Program-made: the position numbers and the translations under genes
Assembly (NCBI GenBank): GCA_963761675.1
Contig: CAVXIA010000015.1
Location: forward strand, 62,054-86,053
Length of the DNA: 24,000 nt
Direction: 5' to 3'
Origin: an uncultured Conexibacteraceae bacterium
GTDB lineage: Bacteria > Actinomycetota > Thermoleophilia > Solirubrobacterales > Solirubrobacteraceae
Shown: piece after piece, positions 1 through 7,982 of the stretch
How positions within the stretch are numbered: position 1 is the stretch's first letter
How the letters are laid out: every line of letters begins with the position of its first letter
The notes under the pieces: model-generated
Seen by the model: only the letters and a program-made list of their open reading frames with translations
Database searches by the model: none
Told to the model about the DNA's origin: nothing

Positions 1-1337
1 CGCTGTTCCTCGCGGAGACCCCGGATCTCGCACTGACGGCGGTGGTCGCGTTGCGGGGCGAGCTCGTGCTTCTGCAGACGCTGGCCCAGGAGACCGGTTG
101 CGTCAGATGGCGAGCACTGGCAGATTGGTGGCGCGCAACGGCATGGCCGGAGCGTGAGCTGCTCGAACGCGATGATCGAGCCCAGATCGATCGGTGCTTG
201 GAGGGCCACAGCCTGACCAGGCCGGACGCGGATCTGATCGACCGATCGGTGTCCGGGCTCGACGTGTTCGCGATTCCCTATGGGCCCGTGAGATCCGGGA
301 TCTTTGAGGCGATCCAGTTTCAGATCGAGACCGGCGGCGAGGACATCACACACCTGCAGACCCGGCCGTTTTTCAAGCACCGCGGCATCGAAGCACGCTT
401 CACCGGTATGGACCCGGAGAACGCCGTGATCGTCGCCGAGCGTGTGGCGGGGATCGCCAGCAACGCCTACGCAAGCGCTTTCTCGGAGGCCGTGGAGCGG
501 GTGGCGGGCGTGAGCGCGCCCCGCCGTGCGCAGCGCTGGCGCGCGGTCTATTGCGAGCTCGAACGGATGGCCTGCCACCTGGACGTGATCGCCAAGGAGG
601 CGGAGACCACGGCGCTGTACGTCGGGCAGGCGCGGTTCCAGATTCTCAAGGAGAGCGTGCAACGGATACGGGCTCAATTGACGGGCAGCCGGTTCGGACG
701 AGGCATGATCGTTCCGGGTGGTGTTCGGGCCGAAGGTGAGCTGAGTCTCGAAGACCTGAGCACGGGGCTTGACGCGCTCGCACGCGATCTGCGACGTGAC
801 TGCCGCATGTTCCTGGGTACCCCGTCGATGACAGATCGCCTGATCGGCAGCGGTCGTCTTGACCGCGCGGTGACAGAGGAGCGGTGCGCTGTGGGTCCGC
901 TCGCACGCGGCTCGGGGATATCCACTGACGCGAGACACGAGCGCCCATACGGTGCGTACGCGCGCCTGGGGGTGCGGGTGATGACCGATCGTGGCGGTGA
1001 CGCGATGGCCAGAATGAGCGTCCGGTTCGCTGAACTATTCGAGTCGCTCCGCCTTGTGCGCCAGACGACGGAGCAGCTTCGCCGCCACGATGGTGAGCTC
1101 CTCGCCGCGATCCCTGAGCACCTCACCGGCACGGCGTGCGGCTGGGCCGAGGCGCCGCAGGGCGAGCTGGTGTTCTGGGTGGAGATGCGGAACGGCGCCG
1201 TGCACCGCGTGCACATCGCTTCACCATCGCTGCGGAACTGGGCGCTGTTCGATGGCGCGTTCCCGAATGATGTGCTGACCGACTTTGCGTTCATAGAGCA
1301 CAGCTTCGGTCTCACCCCCGCGGGAGCTGATCGCTGA
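1..1337 (+). CDS. Group-4 [NiFe]-hydrogenase-like / NuoD-like large subunit (HycE/HyfG/Ehr family), 5' end outside the window; canonical metal-ligand cysteines absent
   Basis: The frame is open from nt 3 (LFLAETPDLALTAV...) through the GTG at 42 to TGA at 1335-1337. Family signatures: 'AERVAGIASNAYASAFSEAVERVAG', 'ELERMACHLDVIAKEAE', 'LTGSRFGRGMIVPGGV', 'SPSLRNWALFDGAFPNDVLTDFAFIEHSFGL'. Confidence 0.87.
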   Translation, partial: LFLAETPDLALTAVVALRGELVLLQTLAQETGCVRWRALADWWRATAWPERELLERDDRAQIDRCLEGHSLTRPDADLIDRSVSGLDVFAIPYGPVRSGIFEAIQFQIETGGEDITHLQTRPFFKHRGIEARFTGMDPENAVIVAERVAGIASNAYASAFSEAVERVAGVSAPRRAQRWRAVYCELERMACHLDVIAKEAETTALYVGQARFQILKESVQRIRAQLTGSRFGRGMIVPGGVRAEGELSLEDLSTGLDALARDLRRDCRMFLGTPSMTDRLIGSGRLDRAVTEERCAVGPLARGSGISTDARHERPYGAYARLGVRVMTDRGGDAMARMSVRFAELFESLRLVRQTTEQLRRHDGELLAAIPEHLTGTACGWAEAPQGELVFWVEMRNGAVHRVHIASPSLRNWALFDGAFPNDVLTDFAFIEHSFGLTPAGADR

Positions 1338-1960
1338 TGCTCGAGTGGATCTACCGCGGCCTCAGCAAAGGCCGGATCACAACCACCTACCCACACCGGG
1401 CAGAACACGGCCCCGCTGGCTTCGAGGGCACTGTCGAGATCCTGGCAGCGGGCGAGCGCGAGCGCGCCGCGACCGCGTGCTCTGAGGGGGCGATCGTCGT
1501 GATCGGGGATCCCGCCCGACTCTCGAGTGATGCCTCCGGCCTGCGCCGCTCGATTCATGTGCGCCACATCGACTGCGGTTCCGACGGGTCGGAGGAGTGG
1601 GAGATACATGCGTTGTGGAACCCGCATTACGACATCCAGCGACTGGGGTTCTTCCTCACCAACGCCCCTCGGCACGCCGACGTTCTGTTGGTGACGGGAC
1701 CCGTCACCACACCGTTGCGAGAACCGCTTCGGCGCACCTGGGAGGTCATGCCCGCGCCGAAGGCGCTGATCGCCGTCGGCGACGACGCCTGCGGCATCGG
1801 GTTGCATGCGGACAGAGCAGGCGGGCTGACGGCCGGAGGCGTCGACGGTGTCCTGACAGTCGACGTATATGTGCCCGGCACGCCGCCACCGCCGATCATG
1901 ATCATGCAGGGACTACTGCTTGCAGCCGGCGTTCACACCCCAAGGCAGGTGGCAGCATGA
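1337..1960 (+). CDS. NuoB/HycG-like small subunit with a degenerate N-terminal ferredoxin-like segment; proximal 4Fe-4S cysteines replaced
   Basis: 207 aa; 'RSIHVRHIDCGSDGSEEWEIHALWNPHYDIQRLGFFLTNAPRHADVLLVTGPVT', 'PKALIAVGDDACGIG', 'VDVYVPGTPPPP' match the family scaffold; start codon overlaps the upstream stop (TGATG). Confidence 0.85.
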   Translation: MLEWIYRGLSKGRITTTYPHRAEHGPAGFEGTVEILAAGERERAATACSEGAIVVIGDPARLSSDASGLRRSIHVRHIDCGSDGSEEWEIHALWNPHYDIQRLGFFLTNAPRHADVLLVTGPVTTPLREPLRRTWEVMPAPKALIAVGDDACGIGLHADRAGGLTAGGVDGVLTVDVYVPGTPPPPIMIMQGLLLAAGVHTPRQVAA

Positions 1961-3936
1961 ACGTCCTTTTTGCCATCGGAATGAGCCTGCTCGCGCTGGC
2001 CATACCGGTGGCCTGGATATCGCCTTCGACCGCCGGCCCCAGGCTGGGTTCGATCTGCTCGGCGGCCGGCTGTCTGCTGCTTGTAGCTGTTGGGCTTGCG
2101 GCCGCGCTCGGGCGCAGCGAGCCGGTTGTGAATCTCGGATCATGGATCGGGTTCGGTCACAGCGCACTTCGAGCCGACGGACTCGCCGGCATCTTTCTCG
2201 CGCTCACGGGGATCACCGGCGCTGCCGTATCGCTTGCCTACGCTGAGCTACCGGCTGGGAAATGGCTGACGATGCTCTCGAGCGCTCTGATTCTGTTCGT
2301 GGTGGTCGCGATCGGATCAGACAACGGGTTTCTGTTCTTCCTTGCCTGGGAGGCGATCACCGTCTGCGTGTACCTGATTGCAAGCGCCGGCCGCACACAC
2401 GAGGATCTGGTCGGCGGTTACCTGACGGGCGGGCTGGCGAAGCTCGGCGGTGCCGCCCTGCTGGCCGCGTTCGGGTTGCTCTACGGGCATACGCACAGCT
2501 TCTCCCTCGAGGTCTGGCGGCACGCGCACCTCTCCGCGGGAACGCGCGACCTGCTGTTCGCGCTATTCCTCAGCTGCTTCGCGACGAAGGTCGGAGTCCT
2601 TCCGTTGCAGGGCGGACTCCCCGCCGGATACGGGTCGGCCCCGCGGCTCGGGGCCGCGTCATTGTCGGTCGCGTTGTGTGCGGGGTTCTACGGACTCTGG
2701 CGATTCACGTTCGACGTGCTTGGCCCCCTGCCGACGGGATGCGGAGATGCGCTGCTGATCATCGCCTCCCTCACCGCGGTCACGGGGGTCACATACGCGC
2801 TGACACAGAATGACATGCGCGGATTCCTCGGCTACTCGACGGTCGAGCACGCCGGCGTGGCATTGGTCGGATTCGCGGTCGCGCTGCTCGGGCATGCGGC
2901 GCACCAGCCGAAGCTCGCCGCCATCGGCCTTCTCGCGTGCACGCTCCAGGTCTGCGCGCACAACCTCTCAAAGACGCTGTCGCTGATCAGCATCGACCGT
3001 GTGATCTATGCGACTGGAAGGCGAACGATCGACCCTCTCGGCGGGATCTCGCGACTACTGCCGGTCACAGCGGCAACATCCGGGGTCGCCGCGCTCACGC
3101 TGGCCGCGATCCCGCCTCTGGGCGGGTTTGTCAGCGAATGGTTCACGTTCGAGGCGCTGTTGCAGGGCTTCCGCATGCCGACACTGCTGGCACGCTTGCT
3201 CTGCGCTCTGGCGGCGGCGATCCTGGCCTTGACCGCCGGGCTCGGGTTGCTCGCTTTTGCGAAGTACTACGGCTTCGTCTTCCTCGGTCGCGCGCGTGAA
3301 AACCTTGGTGAGGTGCGTGAGCCTTCGAGATGGCCGCTTGGGGCGGGGGCCCTGGCGGTGGTGGTCCTGTTCCTGGGTGCGGCTGCGCCGTGGGAGATAC
3401 ATGTGATCGGAGCTGGCCTGCGCCCTCTGCTCGGATTTGATCTTTCCGCGAGCACGATCAGTCACCCGCTCGTTCTCGGGCCGGTGTTCCAGAACTTCTC
3501 GGTCCTGGACCCAACCTGGCTATGTGTCGTGCTGCCGTGTTATGCGATCGTCGCCGCGACGATCGCCTTCGGCGCGGACAGGCGTCGCGGCGCGCGCCGC
3601 GCCCCGGTCTGGGTGACCGGCAGCGGCGCTGAGCTCGCGGCCGTGCAATACCGGCCGTCGGCGTACTCGAACCCCATGCGCGTGATCCTTCGGGGCCCGC
3701 TCGGTTTCCGACGCCGTCTGTCACCCGTCGCCGGCGACGGCGCCGTGGGGCACCTCGTGCTCGAAACCCGGGTCGTCTTGGTCATCGACCGTTACCTCTA
3801 TCGACCGGCCGCCACGGTTGCGTTGCGGATTGCCGAGCGCGTACGCGCCACCCAATCCGGACGGCTGTCCGTCTATCTGCTGTACATGCTGACGGCCCTG
3901 CTGATCGCCCTGTCCCTCGTCCCCATTCTGCACTGA
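1957..3936 (+). CDS. Proton-conducting membrane transporter family (HyfB/NuoL/MrpA-like) subunit
   Basis: Start at ATG 1957 (ATGA overlap), not the track's 1597. Hydrophobic throughout, with 'FFLAWEAITVCVYLIAS', 'FATKVGVLPLQGGLPAGYGSAP', 'STVEHAGVALVGF', 'AHNLSKTLSLISI', 'IPPLGGFVSEWF', 'KYYGFVFLGRARE'. Confidence 0.9.
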   Translation: MNVLFAIGMSLLALAIPVAWISPSTAGPRLGSICSAAGCLLLVAVGLAAALGRSEPVVNLGSWIGFGHSALRADGLAGIFLALTGITGAAVSLAYAELPAGKWLTMLSSALILFVVVAIGSDNGFLFFLAWEAITVCVYLIASAGRTHEDLVGGYLTGGLAKLGGAALLAAFGLLYGHTHSFSLEVWRHAHLSAGTRDLLFALFLSCFATKVGVLPLQGGLPAGYGSAPRLGAASLSVALCAGFYGLWRFTFDVLGPLPTGCGDALLIIASLTAVTGVTYALTQNDMRGFLGYSTVEHAGVALVGFAVALLGHAAHQPKLAAIGLLACTLQVCAHNLSKTLSLISIDRVIYATGRRTIDPLGGISRLLPVTAATSGVAALTLAAIPPLGGFVSEWFTFEALLQGFRMPTLLARLLCALAAAILALTAGLGLLAFAKYYGFVFLGRARENLGEVREPSRWPLGAGALAVVVLFLGAAAPWEIHVIGAGLRPLLGFDLSASTISHPLVLGPVFQNFSVLDPTWLCVVLPCYAIVAATIAFGADRRRGARRAPVWVTGSGAELAAVQYRPSAYSNPMRVILRGPLGFRRRLSPVAGDGAVGHLVLETRVVLVIDRYLYRPAATVALRIAERVRATQSGRLSVYLLYMLTALLIALSLVPILH

Positions 3937-4376
3937 TGTTTCAACGAATCCTGCTCGCTTGGGACGGCTCCGACATCGCCCAGCGCGCCCTCGACGTGGC
4001 CATCGACGTCACCCGCCGTTACGACGCCGAGCTCGTTGCCGTCGCCATCGCATACTCGCCCGCACACGCCGAGACCAAGGCCGACCGCGAGGAGACGGCC
4101 GACGCTGCACACCGGTACCTCAGTCGTACCTTCGACGAGGTTGCCGACCGTGCGCAACGCGCCGGTGTCGATGTCTCCCTCGAGATCATCGACGGAGACA
4201 GCCCCGCCCGCGCGCTCCTCGATTACGCGCACCGGCACGCATTTGACCTGATCGTGTGCGGGCACCACCACAGCGGCCGCGCCGGTCGTCTGCTGCTCAA
4301 GGGTGTAGCCCCCGAGCTGATCGAGGATGGCTGCCCGACGCTGGTCGTGGGCGATGAGGACCCCCTGGCGCCTTGA
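3936..4376 (+). CDS. Universal stress protein (UspA) family, atypical nucleotide-binding loop
   Basis: 146 aa starting 'MFQRILLAWDGSDIAQRALDVAIDVTRRYDAELVAVAIAYSP', ending '...DLIVCGHHHSGRAGRLLLKGVAPELIEDGCPTLVVG'; TGATG overlap with the upstream gene. Confidence 0.85.
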   Translation: MFQRILLAWDGSDIAQRALDVAIDVTRRYDAELVAVAIAYSPAHAETKADREETADAAHRYLSRTFDEVADRAQRAGVDVSLEIIDGDSPARALLDYAHRHAFDLIVCGHHHSGRAGRLLLKGVAPELIEDGCPTLVVGDEDPLAP

Positions 4377-5452
4377 ACGACGATTGCCTCAAACTCACGA
4401 CGTACTTCGGGGAGCGGGACCGAACCGACCGCGGTCTCCTGGCCGACGACCTCATGGCCGTCTACGGCGACCATCACGTGGCGGCCGGCATCCTTCTACG
4501 GGGTGCAGAAGGATTCGGCCGGCTCCACCACCTGCACACCGACCGGCTTCTGACGCTGTCCGAAGATCTCCCGGTTGTCTCGATCGCCGTCGACGAGCGC
4601 GCCCGCATCGAGCTGCTGCTGCAAGAGCTGCTTCAAATCAAGCGTCGCGGGCTCATAACCCTTGAACGGGCGCGGCTGTTGTCCGGAGAGATAAGGCAGG
4701 TGCAGCTGCCCGATGAGTTTGGGGAGGCCACGAAGCTGACGGTCTATCTCGGACGCCAGGATCGCGCAGGTGACGCTCCGGCCTACGTTGCGCTCTGTGA
4801 CCTCATGTACCGCCGCGGCCTGGCTGGGGCGAGTGTCTTTCTCGGCGTCGACGGCACGCGTGGCGGCCGTCGAGCGCGCGCGAGGTTGTTCGCTCGCAAC
4901 GCCGATGTACCGATGATGCTGATCGCCGTCGGGTCCGGAGAAGGGATCGCAGAGGTGCTTCCGGAGCTTGGCGGACTGCTCCACGCGCCCCTGATGACAC
5001 TGGAGCGGGTGCGGGTCTGCAAGCGCGACGGCGAGCTGCTCGCAAAGCCGCATGAGCTGCCGGCGACGGACGAGCATGGCCTGGGGATGTGGCAGAAGCT
5101 CATGATCTACACGTCGAACGTCGCGGCGCAACATGACCGCCCTTTGCATATGGAGATCATCCACCGGCTGCAGGCCGAAACCGAGGCAGCCGGCGCCACC
5201 GTGCTACGCGGGATGTGGGGCTACCACGGCGACCATGCGCCACACGGCGACCGCCTTTTGCAGGTCCGACGTCACGTGCCAGTCTGCACGATCGTCATCG
5301 ACCGTCCTGATCGGATCGCTCGGTCGTTTCAGATCATCGACGAGATCACCGCAACGCACGGCCTCGTGACAAGCGAGATGGTTCCGGCGGCACGGGCCAT
5401 GAGCGAAGCTCACATGCGCGGCGGTCTGCGGCTCGCCAGACATCGGTTCTGA
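4373..5452 (+). CDS. Protein with three tandem DUF190 (PII-like) domains
   Basis: 359 aa, TTG start overlapping the usp stop (TTGA). Three repeat units begin 'LKLTTYFGERDR', 'TKLTVYLGRQDR' and 'QKLMIYTSNVAAQHDRP'. The first has the classic DUF190 segment 'ILLRGAEGFGRLHHLHTDRLLTLSEDLPVVSIAVD'. Confidence 0.82.
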   Translation: MNDDCLKLTTYFGERDRTDRGLLADDLMAVYGDHHVAAGILLRGAEGFGRLHHLHTDRLLTLSEDLPVVSIAVDERARIELLLQELLQIKRRGLITLERARLLSGEIRQVQLPDEFGEATKLTVYLGRQDRAGDAPAYVALCDLMYRRGLAGASVFLGVDGTRGGRRARARLFARNADVPMMLIAVGSGEGIAEVLPELGGLLHAPLMTLERVRVCKRDGELLAKPHELPATDEHGLGMWQKLMIYTSNVAAQHDRPLHMEIIHRLQAETEAAGATVLRGMWGYHGDHAPHGDRLLQVRRHVPVCTIVIDRPDRIARSFQIIDEITATHGLVTSEMVPAARAMSEAHMRGGLRLARHRF

Positions 5453-5483
5453 CCGCGGTCGGTGGCTCCCCTGTCTAGAGTTC

Positions 5484-5891
5484 ATGGCGATGACCTTGCG
5501 GACCAGCGGAATCAGGCAGCCGAGCATCTGGGCGAGCGTCGTCAGCCACGACGCGCCCGGGTTGCGCGGCTGGCTGCTTGCACTCGGATTCACACAGGAT
5601 CTGATGATCCCAGGGGAGAGCGAGGGTTCGATCCACCACTGCCAACTCGATTGGCCCGAGGGTGGTCGTGTGCTGCTCTCGAGCACCGACGAGCGTCCAA
5701 CCCCCTGCCGGCCCGGTACCAGCTCGCTGCACGTCGTCACCGCAGACCCTGACGCCGTGATGGCTCGCGCAGTCTCGCTGGGAGCGGTTGTGATTCACCC
5801 ACTCACCGATCAGACCGACTACCCGTCACGCGACTGCACGATCGCGGACCCTGACGGGAATCATTGGACATTCGCGACCTTCGCCGGATGA
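5484..5891 (+). CDS. VOC (glyoxalase/bleomycin-resistance/dioxygenase) superfamily protein
   Basis: 'WASVVSHDAPGLRGWLLALGF...GSIHHCQLDWPEGGRVLLSST...SLHVVTADPDAVMARAVSLGAVVIHPLTDQTDYPSRDCTIADPDGNHWTFATF'. Confidence 0.85.
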   Translation: MAMTLRTSGIRQPSIWASVVSHDAPGLRGWLLALGFTQDLMIPGESEGSIHHCQLDWPEGGRVLLSSTDERPTPCRPGTSSLHVVTADPDAVMARAVSLGAVVIHPLTDQTDYPSRDCTIADPDGNHWTFATFAG

Positions 5892-7048
5892 GGCCGAGCC
5901 CTGCTGCCAGCTCGCGCTCGTCTGTCGGCATGGTCGGCGCCGGACAGCTTGCCCGGATGGCCTGGCAGGCCGCGATCTCGCTGGATCTCGAGCTGGTCTG
6001 CCTCGGTGCGCAGGGCGATGCCGCCGCGCGGGCCGGGGTTTCGCTGCTTGAGGGGTCGGGTCGGGACGGATCGGCCCTGGGCGTGCTTGCGAAGCATTGC
6101 GATGTGCTGACGTTCGAGCATGAACTCGTGGACCTCGCGGCTGTGGCTGGGCTGGAGGCTGGAGGAACGCCGGTGCGCCCCTCCAGCGCGGCGCTGGAGC
6201 TGGCCGTGGACAAGCTCCGGCAGCGGAGGACATTGTCGGACTTGGATGGGGTTGCTGTTCCGGCACACGCTTCCGCCGGCGCCGTCACCGACGTCCACGC
6301 CTTCGCCGCGGCGCATGGATGGCCAGTGGTTCTGAAGGCGCGCAGTGGTGGGTACGACGGTCGAGGCGTCTGGATGTGCATCGACCGGAGGGATGCCGAA
6401 GCGGCCTTCGCCGAGGCGACCACGGCCGGCCTCGAACTCTACGTCGAGGAGGCGGTTGAACTCGCTCAGGAGCTTGCCGTCATCGTCGCACGCTCACCCT
6501 CGGGTGATCTAGCCGTTTACGCACCGGTCGAGACCCAACAGGTCGATGGCATGTGCCGCTCGGTGCTGATGCCGGCCGGAATCCCGGAGACGATGGCCCT
6601 GGAGGTCGAGAACCTGGCGCGGACGCTCGCCGAGCACATCCGGCTGGAGGGGCTCATGGCCGTTGAGCTGTTCGTGACGCGCGATCGTCGTCTGCTGGTG
6701 AACGAACTGGCTCTGCGGACCCACAACACGGGACACCTTCACACCGAGGCCTCCGTCACCTCGCAGTTCGAGCAGCACCTGCGCGCGGTCCTCGACCTGC
6801 CCCTCGGGCTCACGACCCCGGTCGCGGCGGCGGCCGCGATGGTCAACGTGGTGGGACCGCGTGACGGTTCGGACCCGGCATCGCGCTTGGCGGACGCGCT
6901 GAGCGTACCGGGGGCCCGTGTGCATCTTTACGGCAAGAGCGCACGGCCCGGACGCAAGCTCGGGCATGTCACGGTCTGCGCCGACACGCCTGAGGAGGCG
7001 CTTGCTCGGGCGCGGGAGGCAGCCGATAGGCTGGAGCGGGATGTCTGA
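5888..7048 (+). CDS. purK: 5-(carboxyamino)imidazole ribonucleotide synthase
   Basis: '[28 protein letters not shown]', ATP-grasp body, '[37 protein letters not shown]'; ATG at 5888 overlaps the VOC stop (ATGA). Confidence 0.92.
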   Translation: MRPSPAASSRSSVGMVGAGQLARMAWQAAISLDLELVCLGAQGDAAARAGVSLLEGSGRDGSALGVLAKHCDVLTFEHELVDLAAVAGLEAGGTPVRPSSAALELAVDKLRQRRTLSDLDGVAVPAHASAGAVTDVHAFAAAHGWPVVLKARSGGYDGRGVWMCIDRRDAEAAFAEATTAGLELYVEEAVELAQELAVIVARSPSGDLAVYAPVETQQVDGMCRSVLMPAGIPETMALEVENLARTLAEHIRLEGLMAVELFVTRDRRLLVNELALRTHNTGHLHTEASVTSQFEQHLRAVLDLPLGLTTPVAAAAAMVNVVGPRDGSDPASRLADALSVPGARVHLYGKSARPGRKLGHVTVCADTPEEALARAREAADRLERDV

Positions 7049-7556
7049 ACCGATCGTCGGCGTGGTCATGGGGTCTGACAGCGACCTGAGCGTCATGAGC
7101 CAGGCCACCGCAGTGCTCGATGACCTCGGTGTGCCCGTGGAAACGCGGGTGGTGTCGGCCCACCGCACCCCGGTCGAGATGATCGCCTACGGACAGCAGG
7201 CTGAGGCGCGGGGTCTGGCCGTGATCATCGCCGGCGCCGGTGGCGCGGCTCACCTTCCCGGGATGCTGGCCGCGGTCACCTGCCTGCCGGTGATCGGTGT
7301 ACCTGTGTCGCTCAAGAATCTCGATGGGCTGGACAGTCTGTTGTCGATCGTGCAGATGCCCAAGGGCGTTCCGGTCGCGACCGTCGCCATTGACGGTGCT
7401 CGTAACGCCGGACTGCTGGCCGCCAGGATCCTCGCGGTGCGGGACCTCGATCTGCGCGAGCGGCTGCGTGGTTTCGCCGACGCACAGGCCCAGGCCGCAC
7501 TTGAGGCCGACGCGCGGGTCCGGCAAGGGGAGACCTTCCCGCGGAAAGGTTCTTGA
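7041..7556 (+). CDS. purE: 5-(carboxyamino)imidazole ribonucleotide mutase
   Basis: '[39 protein letters not shown]', '[28 protein letters not shown]'; overlaps purK by 8 nt. Confidence 0.95.
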   Translation: MSEPIVGVVMGSDSDLSVMSQATAVLDDLGVPVETRVVSAHRTPVEMIAYGQQAEARGLAVIIAGAGGAAHLPGMLAAVTCLPVIGVPVSLKNLDGLDSLLSIVQMPKGVPVATVAIDGARNAGLLAARILAVRDLDLRERLRGFADAQAQAALEADARVRQGETFPRKGS

Positions 7557-7628
7557 GACCTCAGGTATCCGGGCTGGGACCCGGCGGCAGCGCTGGCCGC
7601 GAGCCGTGCCTCGCTTGGCACGCCGAGC

Positions 7629-7871
7629 TCAGTGTGGACGGCGCTCGCTCCGCGCGTCGAAAGCTCGATGGCGACGGCACCAGTCGCGAAGCCGGCCAGG
7701 TTGCTCAGCCAGCGGCCGTGCCGGTCGCGCCATCGACCTGGCAGACGCTGCGTCACCGTCACCTGGCCTGCTGGTCGACAGGTGCGTGACGAACACGACC
7801 TCGTCGTAGCGGGCGCGGGGCGCCGGCATGCTCGCAATCAGTTGCAGTTGCGTGGTCGAAGCGATGAACAA
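7629..7871 (-). other. Short ORF (80 aa, TTG start) or remnant downstream of a LacI-type operator
   Basis: Minus strand reads TGCAACCGGTTGCACCCTAGGAGGTAGAAC-TTG: strong SD (AGGAGG) with 6 nt spacing and an operator just upstream; the protein has no recognisable family. Confidence 0.3.
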
Positions 7872-7887
7872 GTTCTACCTCCTAGGG

Positions 7888-7901
7888 TGCAACCGGTTGC
7901 A
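7888..7901. promoter_or_regulatory. LacI-family operator, perfect 14-bp palindrome TGCAACCGGTTGCA
   Basis: Exact self-complementary 14-mer matching the generic LacI/CcpA-type consensus TGNAANCGNTTNCA. Confidence 0.8.
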
Positions 7902-7982
7902 AAGAACGGGACGAGAGCAGCCCCGCATCAGGCAGGGGGCGAATGGGGGAGACCGGCGGTGCGAAGAGTGATATCGGAGCTG

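Noticed and set aside
674-1807. 377-aa minus-strand ORF
   Set aside because: Antisense to well-supported hydrogenase-like subunit genes; composition typical of high-GC shadow ORFs.
1597-1956. N-terminal extension of the HyfB/NuoL ORF in the track
   Set aside because: Overlaps the small-subunit gene out of frame; the ATGA junction at 1957 gives the natural start.
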